A stretch of DNA of 64,000 nt from Nitrospirales bacterium. GTDB taxonomy: Bacteria > Nitrospirota > Nitrospiria > Nitrospirales > UBA8639. Positions 1 through 64,000 of the stretch are shown one piece after another; within the stretch, counting starts at the first letter, position 1; every line of letters begins with the position of its first letter. The notes below the pieces were generated by a model that had not been told where the DNA came from, ran no database searches, and saw only the letters and a list, made by a program, of their open reading frames with translations. Both the position numbers and the translations under genes were made by a program. Location of the stretch: contig CBDBCZ010000011.1 of NCBI GenBank assembly GCA_965203295.1, forward strand, positions 544,001-608,000, given 5' to 3'.

Positions 1-47787
<47,787 letters not shown>

Positions 47788-48087
47788 TAACAAACACAAC
47801 TGCATAGCTACATTGTCATGTTGGTTTGTTTGTCTTGGCTAGCATCACAGACATGACTTTAGATAAAATGAATATTCTGTTTCTGCTTATTAGAAATAAA
47901 TGTAGCTAGCTATTGACATAGATAATATCTATGCTATTGACTATGCTGTCTTTGTGCTCAAACTCCAGTGTGCGATCCAGTTACATTAAAGGAGAATCTA
48001 CATGCATGGGGGAGTACAAGTATAATCATAGGCGTACTGCCTTTGCAGTGCAGTGGTAGTGAATGTTTAACTTAGGAGCCTTCTTAA

Positions 48088-49057
<970 letters not shown>

Positions 49058-49525
49058 TTAATGTACCAGTGCAATGAATATCCTTGTGAAAAAAGTTATA
49101 GCTACCGTTATTAAACGTTAAAAGTAATAGTAGCAACGTGTATAGTTGCCAGTCCAACCGGTTATTTCAGTAAGTATAATATACTTCATGTTCAATTCAC
49201 TATTTTAGTAAAGGAATCATGAAGTGAAATTTCGTGCATGCATATGCATGCAGTTAGTCTCGTGCCCAGCCCCACGTTAGGAATGAAGTTTAAGGAAGTT
49301 AAACTAAGTTAACAGGCGAAGGTCATAGGACAGCGGGGTGGGGCTGGGATGGGGTGCGCATGCGCAAAGAATAGCCAATAGCTATACGACCTATGCAAGG
49401 GCCTGGCAACGACATTCTCTCTAGCAACAGAGTTGCAAACAGGTGGAAGAGAAAGCCAGAAGTTTTTGCGAGAGAATTTTCCTGGAGTCTACGGCAGCAA
49501 CCTCGCTCGGCTCAGTTGCAGCGTC

Positions 49526-51653
<2,128 letters not shown>

Positions 51654-52010
51654 GAGGACAGTGGAGATAACTGTGGACATAGCGTCAGTTAGACAGGCAT
51701 TAGCCATTATTGTACTCGTGTGCAGTCAGATGACGGTGTTTATGTTGTACCCAAAAAAATATAATCACGTTCACATGGAAGGGAGTGGAGGAGTGGCAAT
51801 GTGGGCGGGTCGTTCCCCCCCCCCCCCCCCTTTTTGGACAGCCTGGTAGAAGGGTGGGGGAGCTGCTTTCCATCCAGACTGGCTGGATGTGATCTTGCGA
51901 TAAGGCATGGGTGGCTCCCCTTCCCCTCTGCTAAGAAACAGGAGATTAGACTCTCCAGACTAGGGTAGAATCACCTCCCTATTACTCACATTGCAGGCTC
52001 CGCCACTTCC

Positions 52011-53831
52011 ATGGAAGGTCTGGGAGGGGTGCTGGACGCTCAAAGTGGGGCTGAGGAAGAAGCAGGATGGGAGTGTCCCCTCATGAGCCAGGATCGCCCA
52101 AGCCCAGGCACACGGGAGCTTCTAGAGTTGGAGAGGTGTGTGCCTCCTGTGGGAAGGAAGGTGGGCAAGGCCCTGTCACTGGTTACCACTCCACTACGGA
52201 TAGCACAATGGCAAGAGGCATTGGTGGGGCACCCGGACCAGGAGTTTGCAGCGTATGTCATACGGGGTCTGAGGGAAGGCTTTAGAGTCGGCTACAAGTA
52301 CGGCAGCCAGGCTCTGACACCTGCCAGCCGCAACATGCAGTCAGCGAGGCAGAACAAGGAGGTAGTGGAAGGATACTTGGGAAAAGAAGTGGCCGAGGGC
52401 AGAGTTGTTGGGCCACTCACCTCGTCTAGCGTGGCAGGGGTGCAAGTCTCTCCATTCGGGGTTATCCCAAAGCCTCATCAACCGGGGAAATGGCGCTTGA
52501 TTGTGGACCTGTCGGCACCGGAAGGTCACAGCGTCAATGATGGGATCGACAAAAAACTCTGTGCGTTGAAGTACGTGTCCGTGGATGATGTGGCACGGGT
52601 AATCCAGAAGCTGGGTAGGGGTGCACAGCTGGCCAAGATGGACGTGCAGGCAGCGTATCGAAACGTACCAGTGCACCCTGACGACCGACTATTGCTGGGA
52701 ATGAAGTGGGAGGGTCAGCTCTTTGTGGATACAGCATTGCCATTTGGGCTGAGATCAGCACCAAAGATCTTCACAGCGGTGGCAGATGCATTGCAGTGGG
52801 TGGTAAGAGCGAGAGGGGTTCGTTACATCGCCCACTATCTGGACGATTTCATTGTGGTGGGAGCTCCAGGGTCTGATGAAGGGGCCAAGGCTTTGGACCT
52901 CCTGTTGGACACATGTCGTGAGCTCGGCGTCCCAGTAGCGGGGCACAAGGTGGAGGGCCCGTCCACACGAATCACGTTCCTGGGGATCGAAATAGACACG
53001 GTGGCAATGGAGCTCCGGCTACCCCAGGACAAGTTGCAGCGCCTGACAGCATTGGTCTCAGACTGGAGGTCCCGGAAGAGCTGCCGTAGGCAGGAGCTGG
53101 AATCCCTCATCGGTCACCTCAGTCACGCATGCAAAGTGGTGAGACCGGGTAGACGGTTCCTGCGAGGAATGATCGAACTGCTGGCCATTGTAAGGAAGCG
53201 TCATCACCATGTGCGTTTGAACACGGCTTTCCGGGCTGATTTGGAGTGGTGGCATGCCTTCTTGACCCCGTGGAATGGAGTATCCATGCTGGGTGGGGTA
53301 AACGGGAGTGCTCCAGGGGTCGGGATATGGTCGGACGCCTCGGGATCCTGGGGATGTGGAGCGGTATGGGAAGATAGGTGGCTACAAGTGAGCTGGGAAC
53401 AGTGTCCTATATTTGGAGAGGCGTCAATCGCGGCAAAAGAGCTCCTACCAATTGTGTTGGCGGCAGTGGTCTGGGGGAAGGAGTGGGCTGGTTTGGTAGT
53501 GGAGTGTCATTGTGACAACGAGGCAGTGGTGAGGGTTCTGCATGCGGGTTCGGCCAAGGACCGGCATATGGTGCATTTCTTGCGCTGCTTGTTCTTTGTG
53601 CAAGCCAAATACCAGTTTTCCATAGTGGGAACACACATCCCAGGGCGGCAGAATCCCACAGCTGACGCATTGTCTCGCAACCAAATGCAAGTGTTCTTTA
53701 ACCTTCTCCCTCAGGCTCAGCCACTACCAGTCAGCGTCTCCCAGTCAGTCCTGAAGGAACTAACCAACCTCCAGGACTGGACGTCAGACACCTGGACCAC
53801 ATGGTGGAGCATTATATCCAGTGCTCACTAG
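52011..53831 (+). CDS. Reverse transcriptase-RNase H of the YR retrotransposon
   Basis: KWRLIVDLS, KMDVQAAYR, LPFGLRSAP, YLDD, FLG; RNase H motifs WSDASG, KELL, CDN, ADALSR. Confidence 0.95.
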   Translation: MEGLGGVLDAQSGAEEEAGWECPLMSQDRPSPGTRELLELERCVPPVGRKVGKALSLVTTPLRIAQWQEALVGHPDQEFAAYVIRGLREGFRVGYKYGSQALTPASRNMQSARQNKEVVEGYLGKEVAEGRVVGPLTSSSVAGVQVSPFGVIPKPHQPGKWRLIVDLSAPEGHSVNDGIDKKLCALKYVSVDDVARVIQKLGRGAQLAKMDVQAAYRNVPVHPDDRLLLGMKWEGQLFVDTALPFGLRSAPKIFTAVADALQWVVRARGVRYIAHYLDDFIVVGAPGSDEGAKALDLLLDTCRELGVPVAGHKVEGPSTRITFLGIEIDTVAMELRLPQDKLQRLTALVSDWRSRKSCRRQELESLIGHLSHACKVVRPGRRFLRGMIELLAIVRKRHHHVRLNTAFRADLEWWHAFLTPWNGVSMLGGVNGSAPGVGIWSDASGSWGCGAVWEDRWLQVSWEQCPIFGEASIAAKELLPIVLAAVVWGKEWAGLVVECHCDNEAVVRVLHAGSAKDRHMVHFLRCLFFVQAKYQFSIVGTHIPGRQNPTADALSRNQMQVFFNLLPQAQPLPVSVSQSVLKELTNLQDWTSDTWTTWWSIISSAH

Positions 53832-54760
53832 CCCCAAGCACTCACCGCAGTTATGCAGCGGCCCAAAGGAGATATTTGAGGTTCTGCGAGCAAGCAACCC
53901 TTCCACCACTGCCAGCGTCAGAGCTGGTTCTGGGTCGGTTTGTGGCTCTCCTGGCCCAAGACGGCCTCAAGGCTCAATCGATAAAAGCCTACCTATCGGC
54001 AATTCGTCGCCTGCAGATAGAGCAGGGTCTGGGAGATCCGTTTGAGAAACAGCTCCCGCTGTTAGAATACACCCTGAGGGGTATCAAGAGCGAACAAGCA
54101 AAGACACTGTCGACAGCGAAACGGACTCGCCTACCAGTAACGCCCACCATCTTGGGGAAGATACGGGAAGTATGGAGTAGGGAACCCCACAATCCAGACA
54201 AGATTATGCTGTGGGCGGCTTGTTGCATGTGCTACTTCGGATTCCTTCGGTCCGGGGAAATATCGGTTCCATCGCTGGCAGCCTACGACCCAGGAGCCCA
54301 TCTGAGCACGGGGGATGTGACACTAGACAAGGCGACGGCACCAACTATGGTGCAAGTCAATATAAAAGCGTCCAAGACCGACCCATTTCGGAGAGGGGTT
54401 TCGGTATTTCTGGGGCACACTGGCGGGAGGCTTTGCCCTGTGGCAGCTATAGCGGCATACCTGGCAATACGTGGGAGTGCTGCCGGGCCATTCTTCAGGT
54501 TCCAAGGGGGGCGCCCAATGACTAGAGACCAATTTGTTAAAAGAGTAAGGGACGCCTTGGAACAGGCTGGGCTGCAACCAGATCATTTCGCGGGACATAG
54601 CTTCCGAATCGGAGCGGCAACCACCGCGGCAGCTCGGGGGGTGGAAGATTCACTGATCAAGACTCTGGGTCGGTGGCAGAGCTCGGCATACCTTCTATAT
54701 GTGCGGGTTCCCCGGGAGAAGCTGGCAGGGCTATCGCGGGTGCTGGCCAACACTAAGTAG
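53801..54760 (+). CDS. Tyrosine recombinase of the YR retrotransposon
   Basis: Catalytic motifs FLRSGE (R), SKTD (K), GHSFRIG (HxxR), GRW and AYLLY (Y). Overlaps the end of the RT/RNaseH ORF in another frame. Confidence 0.95.
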   Translation: MVEHYIQCSLAPSTHRSYAAAQRRYLRFCEQATLPPLPASELVLGRFVALLAQDGLKAQSIKAYLSAIRRLQIEQGLGDPFEKQLPLLEYTLRGIKSEQAKTLSTAKRTRLPVTPTILGKIREVWSREPHNPDKIMLWAACCMCYFGFLRSGEISVPSLAAYDPGAHLSTGDVTLDKATAPTMVQVNIKASKTDPFRRGVSVFLGHTGGRLCPVAAIAAYLAIRGSAAGPFFRFQGGRPMTRDQFVKRVRDALEQAGLQPDHFAGHSFRIGAATTAAARGVEDSLIKTLGRWQSSAYLLYVRVPREKLAGLSRVLANTK

Positions 54761-55308
54761 AGGAACAAATATAGAGCTGTTAAGAAAGATCTGGGCTACT
54801 GAGTGTGTGCCATGTATTCACCTGAGTTTTCTGTGTCTGATGCATATGGCCGCGGCTACACGCGACGGGCTAGCTAGTCTCGTGACCAGCCGGCTGATCA
54901 CGAGACTAGTGATGGGCGGGGTCAGATCAGATCAGAGGCTGGCACGGGCGGGAGGTGTTTGCGGAGGCGGGGCCAGGGGATGCTTGGAGGGAAGGACGAA
55001 GTCCTTCTCTGGGCCAATGTCGGGGATTTGCATGCCTCCGACATTCCCCCAAGCATCCAAGTAAAGGGGGTGTGGCAAGTACGTAAGGATGACGTCATAC
55101 GGAAGTACCAACTGCTTGTATAGCTAGCCCGGGACGTCAACAGGCCTGGTCCCGACCTCCACACTAATAGCTGGGGTTCCAACAGAAGGAGTGATAGAGA
55201 TGCATTATAGACATAGAAATCCGTGACCGAGAATGTTAAAGGTGGGTCTGGCTCCCGGCCCGCATATTCAAAGTTGGGGCAGCATTACGTCAGCGGTCCC
55301 AGATCTGG

Positions 55309-55426
55309 ACCGGCGATGTGATTGGTTGATTATAGTATTACATCACTAAACGGTGTGAATATCCGGTATCCGGATACTACAACCGTTAGTGATGTAATAC
55401 TATAGTCAACCAATCACATCGCCGGT
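55309..55426. other. Near-perfect ~118-bp palindrome immediately upstream of the kinase start codon
   Basis: accggcgatgtgattggttgattatagtattacatcactaaacggt ... accgttagtgatgtaatactatagtcaaccaatcacatcgccggt; CCAAT motif in each arm. Confidence 0.9.
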
Positions 55427-55450
55427 GTGCCCCACCCACGCTTTTGCAAG

Positions 55451-61031
<5,581 letters not shown>

Positions 61032-61852
61032 GAACAAACACAACTACATAGCTACACTGTCATGTTGGTTTGTTTGTCTTTGGCTAGCATCACAGACATG
61101 ACTTTAAGTACAATGAATATTCTGTTTCTGCTTATTAGAAATACACGTTATTGACTATGCTGTCTTTGTGTACTAAGTCCAGTGTACAGTACAGATACAT
61201 TAATTTTGTCCCTGAAAATGCTATACCGGTATTAGCGTGAGAATTTGCATGCATGGGGGTTATTGCCTTTTTCTTAGTGAAAGACTGAAATTTAATGCAT
61301 GGTTCAGTACAGGACTATTATTTTCAGTAAAGGACCAGTAGAGTGTTCATGGTCAGTGATTTTTTTTTCTCTAAAAAGGACCATGGCATGAACTACGTAG
61401 AGTTCAGGATCACTATTAGATAATTAATCAGTATCACTAATTTTCAGTAAAGGACCATGAACTACATAGTTAGTTTACATACGTATACATGTACGTATTT
61501 TACGTCATGCGTTACTATGCAACTGCGGTATAGAGCAGCTTTTGGAGGTTTGTGCTTCTCAGTTTCTGCAGGATGCCTACTGTAGCATAGTTAGTAGTTA
61601 CTATAATTTGTAGTTCTACAGCTGCAGTTAGCTTGGCCTGAGCTGAGTTGTGTGTATTGTACGTGAAAGTTTCCCGGCTGGTTTTAGACATGTAATGTCA
61701 GACTCGTATTATACGTACATCTCAGAAACACAGCTGCCGCCGTATAGGGGGGGAATGCCATGGGCTAGGTGGGATGCAGAGAGGTGTGGCCCCCCTTTTT
61801 TATTCATTTATGACATGTACATGCATGCAGCACAGTTTGGCGCGCAAAACGG

Positions 61853-61990
61853 GTGCTGAACCTCAATCAGTTGCTGAGGCAATTTTCAACCTACTGAAGT
61901 TCAGCACCCGAACTTGTGCTGAACCTCAATCAGTTGCTGGATGTGTGTAACAACCTACTGAAGTTCAGCACCCCAACTTTGAACCTCAAA
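61853..61990. repeat. ~63-bp tandem repeat with internal inverted repeat, ~2 copies
   Basis: gtgctgaacctcaatcagttgctg...caacctactgaagttcagcac repeated. Confidence 0.75.
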
Positions 61991-62674
61991 ATTAATGGTT
62001 TTCGAAATTTTTTGGCAAAATTGTAATAAATAAGTGATGATATTATGTTGTGTGGTCTTATAATATTGTTTATTGAATAGTGCATTTGGCTTCATTTCCT
62101 AGTCACACATTATGGGAGGTGGAGCCTGGGGATGTGGTTATACATAACCCACTATATACATGTACTTCATGTATGACCGCTCTTCAAATCCTTCTCCTAC
62201 AGAATTTGGAACATTGACACTGGAGACTGTATACAAGAGCTAAATGGACATGATACACCAGTCCTGTGAGTGAAATATATAATCTCAAACTGAACATGCA
62301 ACCATTTTTCATTTTGTTCTTGTTATACATACATGTAGTAGTCATTGAATAATATAATTATATACTGGCTTCAAACCAGCACCAACATTTAGGTCACAAC
62401 AACATACCAGTGTCTACTTCAGACAAAACTAAAACAAAAACAGTACTTCTGTAAATAGCCACCAGATGTATACATTTAAATGTACGTGACATTGTATACG
62501 CTTCTTGTAAAACATAAACTCTACAGACGATAGCAGAAGAGTTGACAAAGGAACACAAAAAAAACTCCAGGATGTGTGAGTCAAAAAGATGTTGAGAGTG
62601 CGATGATTTGAGAACTGAGTTTCAGTTATGTTAAAAAATAATAGCAGATGTCCTCTTAAAAATTTTCAGCTGGG

Positions 62675-63918
<1,244 letters not shown>

Positions 63919-64000
63919 CTACACAGGGACGGGGGAGGGAGGAGAGGAACAGCTAGTAAAGTAGCATCTTGAGATATACGTATCCTTGTTCCAACCCGCA

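Overview
Eukaryotic animal genomic DNA, most likely from a demosponge (inferred from short-chain C4/spongin-type collagens, 56-nt GT-AG introns and the repeat landscape). A + strand RANBP2/Nup358 gene runs from before base 1 to 47787. I reconstructed 17 in-frame exons by hand; most are invisible in the ORF track. Two very large introns host antisense gene clusters. Intron 2191-10432 holds two paralogous Cys-rich multi-pass membrane genes, one frameshifted. Intron 10478-34532 holds six short-chain collagen C4-like copies (4 intact, 2 broken), three orphan signal-peptide exons, a Crypton relic, a truncated Gypsy element and several MITEs. Downstream lie a Kolobok-like MITE and an intact DIRS/Ngaro-type tyrosine-recombinase retrotransposon. 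That element's 5' leader exon can splice in frame to either gag or RT/RNaseH. Next is a predicted ~1703-aa chimeric gene fusing a protein kinase to shuffled, amplified RanBP2 zinc fingers and Ran-binding domains. The window ends in the 3' exons of an ARHGEF4/9-like RhoGEF on the - strand. All gene models were read by eye, and homology calls rest on recalled motifs, not database searches.
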